Source: the human T2T-CHM13v2.0 reference genome, Homo sapiens. From it: DNA of 64,000 nucleotides. The notes below the pieces were generated by a model, which was given only the letters and a program-made list of their open reading frames with translations, ran no database searches and was not told the DNA's origin. A program made the translations under genes and the position numbers. Positions 41,128-57,092 of the stretch are shown in pieces. Numbering within the stretch: the first letter of the stretch is position 1; every line of letters begins with the position of its first letter. The stretch lies in NCBI RefSeq assembly GCF_009914755.1, contig NC_060925.1; one strand, 5' to 3'.

Positions 41128-44100
41128 AGTCTGAGAGTTTTAAAGAACTGATTGACATGCTTTCTGTAGCCTTCCCAGGAACGCTGTACCATGGATCCCT
41201 CAGGCCCTTCTGTCTCAGAATAATATAGTGAATACTTGAAAGTCTCTACACCTCCCCAAAGAGCCAATTTTCCCCTAAGCTGTAAGGGACCTATGGCATG
41301 TTCTTCCAAGAAATCCCCCATTATGTTCTGCTTCATTCTGACGACCACATATGGTGAGCTTGCAAGTTCTACAGCTCAGCAATTATTCAGGGAAAGAGAT
41401 GTCAGTCTTTCCTTCCTGAAGATGTTCTCCGTCTCCACTAACAATTTATTTTAGAGCCTTCCACTCTTATTTGAACACCCTCCCCCTTTTCCTCTCACAT
41501 TATGAAAAGGAGTAACTTGTCACAATTAATACTGTATAGTATGGAAGCAAATAAATGCCTTTCCTGTTTCATACTAAGTCTTTTTCATTTATAAACTAGA
41601 GATATACGGTGGTGGTGAAGGATTGATAGCAATTGGATATTTCTGCTGCTTCCTAGTAAAGTCTGAGAAAATTATATTGGCTCATTGAGATCTCTTTTTT
41701 TAATCATTCCTTTTCATCTTCTAAGGAATTTATACTTTGTGACATCATGTAAAGTCCCTTTCAACTGGTCACAGTGCTTGTTATTTTTGGTTATATATTT
41801 ATTTTAACTTTTAAAGTCTAAATGTTAGACATAACCCTGCATACAAAGTTCAACAAGGTATTTTCCAAAATAGAAAAAAAATACTTAACTTCTGATTTTC
41901 AAAAACAGTTCTTTTTTTTATAGGAAATAGAGTAATTTCTAGCATTGACTACTATTAATATTAATCAATAATATAAAAGCATCAACTGATCATTTTAAAT
42001 GTATTGCTTGCAGTAATTCTTAAATATTTCATTTTATAGAGTTCGTTGAGAATCTTAAAAACTCTACTGTGCATAATATTTTTTATATTCAAGGTCAATG
42101 GATTTATTCACCTCTTAAAATCCTTTGAATCATGGTCTCCAGTTAAAACCTACGGCCTAGAAATTATGCCTGAATCAAAATGAAAATGCATAATATAATA
42201 TACAACTTCAAACCACTAAAAATTAGTAATAGTCCTACACCCTATCCTTCATTAGAGATTATCAATGTGTAGAGATCATACCTCTTACCTCATAAGATTT
42301 TCACATCTTAGCTCATTTTTTATAACCTCTATATTCCACTCATAGAAATTCGATTATAAAGCAAGTTTCAAGCACACAGTTTCAGCTATGAGCATCATGC
42401 AGAATTCAAATAACTCCTCAAAGACTGCTACTTGATGGATCACACTGGTTTTATTATATCTGAAATATTGTAATAAATAATTTTAGTTGGGTTCTTTTGA
42501 ACAAATGGAGAAAAAAATGTATAGCAATTCATGCCTCTGGAAATTTTGGTATGGAATCTTAATATTTCTTTATTTGTTATACATTTGTAAAAATACATTA
42601 CTTTTTATTCATGAATACATAAACATACAGTACTGAAAATTAGAATTGTGAAAGCCTTGTGCACTTTTAAGTGTACTTTTGAGCCATAAAATATATAAAG
42701 TTTTCCAGAAAATTTTAAACTTCAGTATGTTTGGCTTGCCTTGATATGTTATCATCCTATTATAGATATATTACACTTTTATGTCACACCCAGCAATAAT
42801 TTGATTAGGAAATTTATGGGATTTTGTGAATTCAGTCCAACAGTGAGATACTGTATTTGAAAGCCTTGATCTGAACTGACACAAGGGTTTTATTACGGGT
42901 GATTTCAAACAAAGTAAAAATCAGCTGTGTTTGTTTTTTTTCCCTGTAATCACCTAAATCCAGAAAACATGGTTTGTGTTTTATGTTACCTCATTAAATT
43001 GTTCATGTCAGGAAAAGAGCCCATACTGAAATGCGGTACCCATTACTAGATGCTTCGTCAAACCTAAAAGACTACTTATATCTCTAGTTGGAACCAGGAA
43101 GAAGGAGAAAAAAAAAAAAGACTTGCTTTTATCACATATCTTTTAATGTCAGCTTTGCACTTAATATTTTTACATAGGCTTGTAATAGAATTAACTGTGC
43201 GACCCTGTGTAATCGAGAAGTCCCCCATTAAAAATCATCTGTGAAATATAAGTACTATAATCATTTCCTACTCAACCTCAAGTAAAATGGCAGTAAAAAA
43301 GAATGGGAAAATGTGCAAAACTACAGAATCAAAATTCAGGGAGAAAGGACAACTAGAAGAGAGTGTCAGTAAAAATATGAAAATTAAAAAAACAGCTTTT
43401 GGGAGAAGAAATACAAATAGATTAGTTGTAACTGATTTAGCAAAGTGGAAGAGACTGAAATCAATGTGTCTGCAATGGGGGGAAAGTATGAGAAGCAAGT
43501 TACGTTATGGCATAGTAATTGGTTAGAAAATATCCGAAGTTCATATTTAAGAACCTAGTCATCTACACAAACACAAGAGAGTTGAAAGTGATTGTGTCTC
43601 TAGTCTTTTGGGGTTGGCACGGGGTAGGGTAGGCAACTACATAAACCTTGAAGCACTATTATATATTGAAAGTATATTCATACACTGTATAGACAAAAAT
43701 GTTTAAAAATTCAGACAAAAACCTGAGTACAGATGGCTTTCTTACTCAGTGTAAAGCAGTGTTTCTACCCCTTTGTAGAGTATCCAACATACAGTAAATA
43801 TACAGTAATAAGTACACAAATGAGTAAATGGATGCCATCTCAAAGCAATTCTTATAACATTCCAGTGAAGAAACAGAGACTACAGAAAGGCATCCATTCT
43901 AATGTCACACAGTCATGCATAGACGTAAATAACAAATCCTGGCTTGTTTCACTCTACCGAGTTATTTGCTATCTATATCATGCTAGGTATTTTTTACTGA
44001 GAAATAAAGGAGACATCAATAAGTATGAGGAAATTAAAACATGTTTCTATTCTCCCCAAAAAGCAGAACAAAATGTTCATGTCAGTAAAAAATTATTTAG

Positions 44101-45139
44101 AATTGATGAACACAAATTAGACTGTATATGGCAAAATGAAAAACAATATCTATCTTGTATACAGATGTATCACAGTATTATTGAGTAGTCAGGCCATTCA
44201 AATACTCACATTAAGAGGACTGTAGGCACAAAACAATGTTGTCCAGGATAACGCTCCTCAAACTGGGATGCACACCTTATATAAATTTGTATAAACAAGT
44301 ACAGCTGGCTGAAGGGACCCATCTTTCATATACTCAAATTTCATAAACACTAAATGTATTCTGCCTGACTTGAGAGAATGCTTTTGTTGAGGTAACATGT
44401 CAAATCATCCATCTTAACTTTTCTACCTGAATTATCCATCCCCACATTCAAAAGAGAAAGTCATCTTTCTCACTCATCCGTAATTTCCGTCTGTGTATTG
44501 CTCCAGCTTTTAAAATGCTCTTCCCATTGACAGACCACAATTTTGAGAAAATTGAAGTTTTTAAAAGGTAAAAAAATCTGCTTTAAGAAAGAGAATACAA
44601 AATGGCAAGTAGAAAATTAGGTATGAAAGTAAATATTTATTTAAAATAAGAAAATAAATCATAAGTAATTGCTAGTGCATTGGAGTTCAGGTCCATTTCT
44701 GACTAAATTGCTTTAAGTTATTTACCAGAACTACTTACATAGAAATGCTTCTTAGTTGCAATCTGTCTTCATTTCTTCTCCTAGAACAATCTACAGCCAA
44801 CAGTAACTCCAAGCAATTATAGAAGTCTGTTCAAGAGAGTGGCTCTGGAACTTGAGATCCATTAACTTCAAGGTTATTTGCTTCTGCCTCCAGGCCGCCA
44901 ACTAAAGGTAGACTTGGAAATGAGCAGTAGTGAAGCTTTCCTTAACTAGTGAAGTCACCCATAAACCTCTGGTAGGGTCGCTCTGGTTAGTTCTTTGCTT
45001 TGGACACATTTGTGTTGAGGATGAAGTGCGTACACAGAAATAGGTATTGTGGCCCCTGGTCTAAATTCAGGTATAGTGTGGAGCAGAACAAAACTATGAT
45101 AACAACAATTGCAAATTTAAAACTATGTCATATCTCTGA

Positions 45140-45280
45140 ACTGCTACCTCTGGCCATAAAGAACAAAGATGTAGAATGAGTCCTCCCACTCTAAAGAATT
45201 ATAAATCTGAACAACACATATAAGGCAACTGTTTTCAGGCAGTGGTGCAAAAGGTAGCACAATAATGAGATTATAAACAT
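45140..45280 (+). mobile_element. old L1 5'-end fragment
   Basis: aaatctgaacaacacatataaggcaactgttttcaggcagtgg. Confidence 0.45.
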
Positions 45281-45329
45281 TTGAAAATGAGATGTTAAAC
45301 TGCCATTTACAATTTTTTTTTTTAAAATG

Positions 45330-46690
<1,361 letters not shown>

Positions 46691-46699
46691 CTAAATAAT

Positions 46700-47320
46700 A
46701 AAACAATTTAGGAACTAAGTGAATAAAATACTTGCAAGACCTCTACCCTAAAGTCTCCAAAAACTCCTGAGAGAAATGAGGAAAGAATGCATAAAAAGAC
46801 ACGTATATCTGTTCATTAGTTGGATGAAACAATATTACAGAGATGTACATTGTCCCTAAACTAACCTATGTATGTAATGTAATTCTAATAAAATCTGAGT
46901 AGGCATTTCTGTTTTGTTTTGTTTTTATAAACATTAAGAAACTGATTCCATAATTTACATGGAAAAGCAAATAACCTAGAAGAGCCAAAACAATTTATTT
47001 CAAAATAAAAGTAAAGTTCAAAAATATACACTACCTGATTTTATGACTTAATATAAAACCACAGAAAATAATATATTGTGATTTAGGCATAAAGATAGGC
47101 AAATAAACCAATAAAACAGAATAGAGAGCCAAAAATTGGACGGTACACATATGGTCAATTGATTTTCAAAAGAGCCACCATAACAATTCAAGATGAAAAG
47201 GGTCATCTTTCAACAACTGATTTCAAGTAGATATCTGAATGCAAAAAAAAAAATTGAACCCATTCTTTCATTATCCATAGTAACATTTCGTTTAAAACAG
47301 ATTGTAGATATAATTATAAG
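46700..47320 (+). mobile_element. older L1 ORF2 fragment
   Basis: tgcaagacctctac, aactgattccataatttacatggaaaagcaaa, cacatatggtcaattgattttc. Confidence 0.7.
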
Positions 47321-47399
47321 AGCTGAAGGTTAAAATTAGGGGAGAAGAATATGAATTGGGTTTTGCAGCAGGAACTCTGCTGTTTTCCCCACATCCAAC

Positions 47400-47805
47400 C
47401 TACAGCTTGCAGGAGGCTTTCTCCAGATTCTTTCCCAGACCTCAATCTTTCCTCTAAAAACTTGATGAGATCAGTGGAGAAGAGGCTGTGAGTGGCCATG
47501 TGATGTCTGAAGTGCAATGTGTTCTGTGCTCTCACACTTAGCCTTGAGCAATTAGTCAACAATTGTAGCTAAATTCTTCTTACTAGCAGCTGTATCCTAC
47601 ACTGGTAAGCAAGTGCTTGGATTGCATCTCTACTTGGCAATTGTCATCCCTCAAATTTAAGGTTATTTTGTTGCCCTGCAACTTCAGCTCTCCAACTAAG
47701 CTAAGAAAAGTTGCAATTATGCAATTATCTGTCTCTTTGTTATTGTTGTCAGAGTGGAAGAAATATTATTTTCAGTTTTTAAAATCCCAGGTGGAAGCTA
47801 GAAGC
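47400..47805 (-). mobile_element. old L1 5'-end fragment
   Basis: gccctgcaacttcagctctc..ctaagaaaagttg..gtggaagctagaag. Confidence 0.5.
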
Positions 47806-49270
47806 TTTTGTTGTGCCAATGTAAGACATGTTAAAAGAATCTACAAAATAAAACTAAGCCTGAATATATAATTATATATAAATATATAAATGTTTTCACA
47901 CTTGATCGGTACAGTAAGCAGTATCTTAAATGGCACTATTTACAATTATATGATAAGGCTTTTGTCCTAGTTTTGTTTAATTTTAGCTCAACAAAGTAAA
48001 ATAAAAGTTTTGCAGGCACAACTAATTTGATGTCTTGATAAATAGGTGGTGTCCAATGTGTTGTTTTCAACAAAATTAAAAGGAAATTTATAAACTAAAA
48101 ACAGATGGATTACTAAATTTAATTTTATTGTATAACGATGTTATATTTTGACACATAACTTTAGGAAAAAATCAAAATATTGAGTAGCATTGCTAAAATA
48201 AAACATTATTTGTTCTTACCTACTTATTTATATTAAAATATTTCTTATATAAAGGAATATTATAGAGGCTGAAGACTTTCTAGCACTATATAATATTGGT
48301 CTATGAAATATTAAAATAATAGGAATACAAACCACGTCTGTATTATTTGATTTTGTCAATTGTGTACTACTAAAACATGTAATGATAATTCATTCCAGAA
48401 AAAAATACCCATTACAGGCTTAGACCCACAGAATATTTTAACAAATAATAAATGTATATAATTGTTCTTTTATCAAAGAAGTATGATATCATTTGGAAGA
48501 TAGAATTTCAAATATACAAACACATTACATTGGTGAGGATAAAATACTGGGACTTGAGGAAAGATAGAAATACAAAGTCAAGAAGAAACAATTCAGGTTT
48601 TGTAATAGTAGCTAAAAAGTGTTTATTTTTTCTCATTTTATTTTAAGAAATAATTTTTTTCAATTTTTATTTTGGAGTCAGGGAGTACATTGTGTAGGTT
48701 TGCTACTTGGGCATATTGTGTGATGTTGAGCTTAGGAAAACAAATGATCCCATTACCCAGGTACTTACCATCATACCCAAGAGTTAGGTTCTTTACCCTT
48801 GCTCCACTTCCTACCTCCACCCTCTAGTAGTGCCCAGTGCCTATTGTTGCCATCTTTATGTCTATGAGTACCCAATATTTAGCTCCCACTGTTAAGTGAG
48901 AACATGTAGTATTTGGGTTTCTTTTCCTGTGTTACTTCACTTAGAAGAATGGTCTCCAGCTGCATTCATGTTGCTGCAAAGGATATGACTTCATTTTTTT
49001 ATGGTTGCATAATATTACATGGTGTGTATGTACCACATTTTCTTTAACTAGTCCACCACTGATAGGCACCTAGATTGAACCCATGTCTTTGCTACTGTGA
49101 ATAGTGCTGTAATGGACATGAAAGTGTATATGTCTTTTTGGCAGAACAATTTATTATTTTTTAATCTACATACTCAGTAATGGGATTGCTGGGTCAAATG
49201 GTAGGTCTGTTTTGAGTTCTTTGAGAAATCATCAAGCTGCTTTCCATAGTGGCTAAACTAATTTACATTC

Positions 49271-49480
49271 ACACAAATATCTGATATTTGATGAAGGTGG
49301 CAAAAATAAGAAGTAGGCAAAGAACTCCCCATTCAATGAATGGTGCTGGGATAGCTGGCTAGCCATATTCAGAAGAATGAAACTGGACTCCTATGTTTCA
49401 CCATGTACAAAAATTAACCTAAGATGGATTAAAGGTTTAAATATAAGATATCAAAATATAAGGAACCAAGAAAAAAATCT
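49271..49480 (+). repeat. inverted ~210-bp L1 segment matching 49885-50088 of the same element
   Basis: Plus-strand L1 ORF2 text inside a minus-strand L1; ggcaaagaactccc and ggctagccatattc match the reverse complement exactly. Confidence 0.85.
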
Positions 49481-51230
49481 TCTTTAGGTTTCTAAGTGCC
49501 AACATCTGTTGTTTTCTGCCTTTTTAATGACAGACATTCTGACTGGTGTGAAGTAGTATCGTGTGGTTTTGATTTGTGTTTCTCTGATGATTAATAATGT
49601 GAAGTATTTTTTAACATCTTTGTTGACACCTTGTACGCCTTCTTATAGTTCCTTCTTAAGGTCCTTATAGATTCTGGATACTAGACCTTCATCAGATGAA
49701 GAGTTTGCAAATTTTTTCATCCATGCTGTAGGTTGTCTCTTTACTCTGTTTATAGTTTATTTTGCTGTGCAGAAGCTTTAAGTTTAAATAGGCCCCACTT
49801 TTTAAGTTTTGTTTTTGTTGCAAAGACTTCTGGAACTTAGTCATAAATTCTTTCCTAAGGTGGATATATAGAATGGTGTTTCCTAGGTTTTCTTCTAGGA
49901 TCTTTACAGTTTGACATATTACATTTAAATATTTAATCCATTGAGTTAATTTTTGTGTATTGTGAAAGATTGGGCCCAGTTTCATTCTTCGGAATATGGC
50001 TAGCCAACTATCCCAGCACTATTTATTGAATAGGGAGTTCTTTGCCATTGCTCATTCTTAGCAACTTCATTGAAGATCAGATAATTGTAGATGTGTGGCT
50101 TTATTTCTGAATTGTCTATTCTGTTCCATTTGTCTATTTGTCTGTTTTTGTACCATTACCATGCTATTTTGGTTTCTGTAGCCTTACAGTTTGAAGTCAG
50201 GTAGTGTGATGCCTCCAGCTTTCTTTTTGCTTAGGATTGCTTTGACTATCTGGACTCTTTTTTTTCCTCCATATGAGTTTTAGGAGAGTTTTTTTTTTTT
50301 TTTTAAGTTCTGTGAAAATGATGTTGGTAGTTTGGTAGGAACAACATTGAATCTATGAATCTATACATTGCATTGCTCATTATGGCCATTTTAACTATAT
50401 TGATTCTTCCAATCCATGAGTATGACATATTTTTCCATTTGTTTGTGTCATTTACGTCTTCATTCAGCAGTGTTTTACAGTTCTCCTTAAAGAGATCTTT
50501 CACCTCCTTGGTTAGGTGTACTCCTAGGTATTATTTTTTCTGTGGCTGTTGTAAATGTGATTGCACTCTTGATTTGACTCTCAGCATAAAGGTTATTTGA
50601 CGTTTGTACATTGATTTTGTATCCTGAAACTTTACTAAAATTGTTTATTATTTCCAGGAGCCTTCTGTCAGAGTCTATAGGTATTTCTAGGTATAGAACC
50701 ATATCATCCACAAAGGAAGATAGTTTGACTTCCTCTTTTCCAATGTAGATGCCTTTTGTTTCTTTCTTTTGCCTGGCTGCTGTGGCTAGCACTTCCAGTA
50801 CTATGTTGAATAGGAGTGATGAGAGTGGACATCCTTTTCTTGTTCCAGTTTTCAAGGGAAATGGTTCCAGTTTGTGCACATTCAGTATAATGTTGGCTAT
50901 AGATATGTCATAGATGGTTCTATTCCTATGATACTGAGTTTATTGAGAGTTTTTATCATGAAAGTATGTTGGATTTTACCAAAATCTTTTTTTGCAGCTG
51001 TTCAGATAATCACAGGGTTTGTGTTTTAATTCTGTTTATATGGTGAATCACATTTATAGAATTACATATTACATATCTTGAAACAACCTTGCATCGCAGG
51101 AATAAAGTCTACTTGATTGTGGTGAATTAACCATTTGATGTGCTGTTGGATTTAGTTTGCTAGTGTTTTTTTTTTGTTTGTTTGTTTGTTTTTGTTTTTT
51201 TTTCTTCAGGGTTTTTGCATCTATTCTCTC

Positions 51231-51525
51231 TTTTTTTTTTTTTTTTTTTTTTTTGAGACAGAGTCTCACTCTGTCGCCCAGGCTAGAGTGCCATGGCATG
51301 ATCTTGGCTACTGCAACTTCCACCTCCCGGGTTCAAGCAATTCTCCTGCATTAATCTCCTGAGTAGCTGGGATTACAGGCATACGTCACCACGCCCGGCT
51401 GACTTCTGTATTTTTAGTAGAGATGGGGTTTCAGTATGCTGGTCTCAAACTCTTGACCTTGTGATGTGCCTGCCTCGGCCTCCCAAAGTGCTGGGATTAT
51501 AGGCGTGAGCCACCCGCGCCCGGCC
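51231..51525 (-). mobile_element. AluS (Sg-like) inserted in L1PA15/16
   Basis: T24 tail, both arms, about 10-bp internal deletion; degenerate TSD tgcatctatt / tgcatagatt. Confidence 0.92.
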
Positions 51526-54500
51526 TGCATAGATTTTCATCAGGGATATTGTCCTATAGATTTATTTTTTCATCATGTCTTTGCCGGGTTTTGGTATCAG
51601 GGTGATGCTGGCTTCATAGAATGAGTTAGGGAGGAGTCTCTCCTCCTTGGGTTTTTGGAAATGTTTCAGTCAAATTGATCCTGGCTCTTCTTTGTACATC
51701 TGCTAAAATTTGGTTGTGAATTCATGTCCTCTGGGGCTTTTTAAATTTTTTTAAATTTTTTTATCACTGACTCACTTTTAGAAGTTGATATTGAGCTGTT
51801 CAGGATTTCAATTTCTTCCTGATTTAATCTTAGAAATTGTGTTTCCAGGAATTCATTCATTTTGTTCTAGATTTTCTAATTTGTGGGCATAGACGTGTTC
51901 ATAATAGTTTTTGTTAATCTTTTGTGTTTCTGTGGGATCAGTTGTAATGTTGCCTTTGTTGTTTCTGATTGTGCTTATTTGTATCTTCTCTCTTTTTTTT
52001 TTTTTTCATTAGTCCAAATACTGGTCTATAAATCTTGTTTATCCTTTCAAAAAACCAGCTTTTGAGGTTTCATTGATTGTATGAAATTTGGGGTCTCAAT
52101 TTCATTCAGTTCTGTTCCGATTTTAGTTATTTCTTTTATTCTACAGGCTTTGAGGTTGATTTGTTCTTCTTTCTCTCATTTTTCCAGGTGTGACGTTAAA
52201 TTGTTAATTTGAGATTTTTTTAACTTTTTGAGGTAGGTGATTTATGTTGTAAACTTTCCTCTTAGCACTGTTTTTATTACATCCCAAAGGATTTTGGTAA
52301 GTTGTGTCTATGATTTCCTTTATTTCAAATAATTTTTCATTTTTGCCATAATCTTCTTCTTTATCCAAAAGTCATTCTGGAGCAAGTTGTTTAATTTCCA
52401 TGTAATTGCATGATTTTGAGAGATCTTCTTACTATTGATTTCTATTTTTATTCCACTTTAGTCTAAGAGTATGGCTGGTATTATTTTGATTTTTTTAATT
52501 AATGGAGACTTGCTTTATGGCCAAGAATGTGGTCAATCTTGGAATATGTTCCATGTGCAGATAAGACGAATGTATATTCTGTGGCTGATGGCTGGAGAAT
52601 TCTGTAGATGTCTACTAGATCTAATTGGTCACGTGTCAAGTTTAATAACCAAATTTCTTAGTCAGTTTTCTGCCTCTATGATCTGTCTAATGCTAACAGT
52701 GAGATGTTGAAGTCCCCCTCTATTATTGTTTGGCTTTCTACATCTTTTTATAGGTCAGAAGTACTTGATTTTTGAATTTGTGTGCTCCGATTTTGGGTGC
52801 ATACATATTTAGGATAGTTAAGTCTTCTTGTGGAACTGAATCCTATATCACTGTTTAATACCCTTCTTTGTCCTTTCTTACTGTTGTTGGTCTAAAATCG
52901 GTGTTTTTGTGATACAAGAACAGTGACCCCTGCTCATTTTTGTTTTCCATGTAGATCATAGATCTTTCTCCAACCACTTACTTTGAGTGTATGGATGTCT
53001 TTAAGTGTGAGATGAGTCTCTTGAAGATAGTAGATTGATGGGTGTTTTTTTAATGCAACTTGCCATTATGTGCCCTTTAAGTGAGGCATTTAGACTATTT
53101 ACATTCAAAGTTAATGTAGATATGTAAGTTTCTAATACTATTATAAAATTGTTACCTGATTGTTTTGTGTTTTCTATTGTGTAGTTGCTTTATAGGGTCT
53201 GTAGGCTATGTACTTAAGTGTGTTTTTGCGGTAGTAGGTATTTCTCTTTTGTTTTCATGTTTACAACTCCTTTAAGGGTCTCTCATAATGCTGGTCTAGT
53301 GGTAATGAATTCTCTCAGCCCTTGTTTGTCTGGAAAAGATTGTATTTCTCCTTCATTTATGAAGCTTAGTTTGGTGGGTTATGAAATTTTTGGTTGGAAT
53401 GTCTTTCTTTAAGAATGTTGAAAATAAAATAGGTTTTCCAGTCTCTTGTGGCTTGTGAAGTTTCTGCTGAGGCTGTTTATGTTTAACTGATTACTATAGA
53501 CACCAAAATTGAGTGGTAAATAGTTTCTTTTGGATCCATTGAAATGTATGTCATAAAAGCTTTATTTTAAAATGTCAAATATTTACTATATATTGGAAGT
53601 TACATCAATTGCAAATATTTTAAGTTACTTTAAAAATTGCCATGCCAAACCAAAAATATGATAAAGGCATATGGATTGCAATATTATTTGAATAATTGTT
53701 TTAGGATGGAAAATTTTAAAGTTCTCTAAAGTAAACCCCAAATAATTTCTGTTATCATTTCCTCTTTCTTGGTAAGAAAATAAACTGGAGATATTCATTT
53801 AATAGATATCACTAATCAGTGTGTTTTTGGTCCCAGGATGAAGTCCAGAAAGAATAAAGGAAGCAAAGGAGGTTAAGGGTTTACCTTGTTTATAAAAGTA
53901 TAATTCTAAATCATCTATTGGATGATTTACCTATACTTAAATTTTATTCCACTCAACTGCTGCTGCTGTTTAAATAAATCTATTTAAGAACATTATGTTA
54001 TCTGTCCTTTTCTGATAATTCAACTGTGAGGAATTGTCCAAAGACTAGAGATCATATAATTCATCCTCTTCATGTTTGTTTAATCAGTTTACATTGCATG
54101 GATTTTAGCTGTCTATTTAATCAATTCTTTTATTCCTTAGGCTATTCCTCAGTAATGCCAAGATCTAAATGGAGAATGGAGTAAAGAGAAATTATTAATA
54201 AAATTTATAAATATAAATTTATAATAATTATTTTATGAAGACTAAAACATAGTGAAGTGCCAATATGGCTTTGGAATTATGAGGGAAAATATCTTCAAAT
54301 TTACAATATTCTGGAAAATCTGGTAATTGAATAATTTAAAATTTTCATATATATGTTTCACTTACTCATCCAGAGTGCCCCATTATATTGCCACCAGATA
54401 GTATTTATCAAGATGTTCTTTCCATCTGGACTCAGGATATTATCTCCCTTTTCTTATCATTAATAGTTCACAATAAATTATTATAAATACATTATTTAAT

Positions 54501-54619
54501 ATTTAATTCATTGTTTTTATACATGATTCTGTAAGATTAATATTTCCTATTGAGTAGATTGTCCCTTTACATATATTGCTGATGGGTTTTAACTCTCCCT
54601 TGCTACAGAAAAAGAAAAA

Positions 54620-54900
54620 TTATCTTTATCTAAACCCTAGCAGCCAGAGGTGCAGGTCAATGTCCTACCATTTTCCAATCTGATACTCCAGCAGGAATTT
54701 TTTTTATATAAAAAGCAGAGGTACTTGGCGGTCTGGACATCACATCAGTGAGGATGATAGTGACATCCAGGCTAGAAGTGGGAAGGTCCAGACTGGACCA
54801 TCTCTGCTGAAGTAGATCCTAGACTTCAGTGCAGACTAAGAAGAGCTCTGGAGCTCTGGAGGTCTTTCCTTTCCAAACTTGATTTCTAGTCCTCCAATTA
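54620..54900 (+). mobile_element. possible old ERVL LTR remnant (LTR33-like)
   Basis: ccctagcagccagaggtgcaggtca..ccaatctgata. Confidence 0.3.
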
Positions 54901-56638
54901 AGTAAACGTACCTTGTAGTAACCTAGGCATATTCAAATAAAACATAACATACAGTGCTCCATAGTTAAATATAGATTTCAGATGACATAACATTTTCCTT
55001 CTACAGCCTGGCTTGTGATTTATTAATGACTATTAAGAAGGTTTCTCATAGTGCAAAGCTGACAAATAATCAAGTTACCCTTAAAATGCTCATTAGTATT
55101 ATTATTGAAAGTTTACATAACTTCTCTCAATAAACCTAATTCCAGATATTGTCTTCCACTATTGCTTTCATTCAGCTTCAAATGAAGTTTATATTTATAG
55201 CGTACATCATATGAAAAAGTTATATGTTTAAAAATGACAGCCATGCTCAGTACAAAGAGATGTTTATTCTATGGGGAGCATATGAAAACTTCTTTTTTGA
55301 TGACTTAACAGGATCTCATTTCCCCATCTCAGTTTCACCTTGTCCTTAAGTGGAAAGCAAACTTCTCTGTTTAAATTATTTTGCTTTCTCACTCTCTACC
55401 AAGAAACTAGAGTTGCATCCATGCAAGCAAATGTGCCCCAATATGTCTCCCTTATGTAGAATACTGTTTCCTTATGATTATGAAATGGAATTTACATGCA
55501 ATGTAATGAGATGCAGGAAAAACATGAAGCTCTATCCATGTGCACTGCAGAGCTCAGTCATAAAAGATTTTCTAAAGTATTCTCTTTTACGCATACTTTT
55601 TGATTATTCACATCTGGAACTTACAGTTGATTAATCATACAGTATTTCACTTTTCTTTCTAATTATTGTTCTCCTCATTCAATATTGTCTCTTCATCAGC
55701 ATGTGGTTTCATTTTGCCCTCAGTTGATTTGATCTTTTCTCTAATGTATTCTTATTCTGTCTTATACAGTTTCTCAGAGTTCTTGTTTGTGGCTTAGAAA
55801 TTTTCTAATTATTAATATCTACCCTCTTACAGTTTCTACCCTTAGTCCAGATTCTGTGCTGTAGGCAATATCAACAAAGTTTATTTCCTCTTTTATTTGA
55901 GATGCTATGACATATTTGAACATAAACTTAAAGATACAGCTTTCGCATTTAAAAGTTACATTCCCTAAATTTCTTCAGAGGATCTCGTTGGACATTACTT
56001 GTCATTTTGGGTATCATACATTTTGTCAAAACTCTCATTGTAGTTTTTCCATTCCCAAAAATGGACATGATATCTAATTATGCATTTAAAAAGCCTTCTA
56101 TCAGTAATGTTCCGAACATCATGATTACATTTCTTTACTTTTTAAGTTCCCTTCCCAAATGCTTATGTGATATCACATTGAACTACAGCCTACAAGTCCA
56201 CAAGAAATAATTAAGAATCGCTGATTTTGTATCTATCCTTTTTCATTGTTTGTATTTTAATGCAAGCTGTGACTTCACATTCATTTCTGTTAAACCTAAT
56301 CTTAATAGATTCAAGCCTTAGTCTGTACTTGTTGATTGACCTTGGTCAAGCTGTAAGCCTTTATTTTTTCACTAGCTATTTAACAGAGGAAATAGCTTCT
56401 GCCTCAATTCCTTCATTTGCACTGAAGATTGTATACTTCAAGTCATTTTGCCATGAAGGGATGAAGTAACATGAGTACTTACAATACTGCCAGACACGTG
56501 CTAATTGTTCCATACACATTTGCTATTCCATAAAAACATTTTTAATCTATTTTATTTTTCTAATAGGCTAAATTCTGCCATGAAGTGTTCTAGTTATCCT
56601 TGTCAGCATTGTGGCAGCTACAATTTGGGTTTCTTGGC

Positions 56639-57092
56639 TCTATTAGTTTCCTGTGGCTGCTGTAACAAAGTATCATAAACTAGGTAGGTTTAAATAATGG
56701 TAATGTATTCTCTCATGGTTATAGAGGCCAGAAGGTCTAAATCAAAGTTTGTGCAAGGCTACACTTCATGAAGTCCTGGTGCAAATACCTCCTTTGTCTC
56801 TTCTAGCTTCTGATGGTCATAGGCATTCCTTGACTTGTAGCCTCATCACTTCTCTCTCTACATTTATGGGCACATTGCTTTGACCTCTTCTGTCAAATCT
56901 GCTTCTGGCTCATTCTAATAAGGGTTCTTGTCAGTGAACTCAGAGCCAATCATATTGAAAAATTCAGGGTAAGCTCCTCCTCTCAAAACCCTTAGCTTAA
57001 TCAAATCTTTTGCCTTATAAGATAATATTCACAGATTCTAAGGATTATGATGTAGAGATATTATTGGGTGGCTATTAATCAATATACTAATC
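56639..57092 (-). mobile_element. MLT1C-like MaLR LTR
   Basis: tattagtttcctgtggctgctgtaacaaa..tagaggccagaag..tctcttctagcttctg..ttgccttataagataatattcacag. Confidence 0.85.

Larger units (their letters stand above)
48640..53475 (-). mobile_element. 5'-truncated L1PA15/16-type element (~4.8 kb, ORF1 end to 3' UTR)
   Basis: 3' UTR tgatcccattacccaggta..ctctagtagtgcccagtg; RT remnant [27 protein letters not shown] (50487-50879); many stops and frameshifts. Confidence 0.9.

Noticed and set aside
43733-44188. 151-aa ORF
   Set aside because: No recognisable domain, overlaps MIR-like remnants, no splice or promoter support; consistent with chance.
50487-50879. Reverse transcriptase-like ORF
   Set aside because: Fragment of the decayed L1PA15/16 ORF2, not an independent gene.
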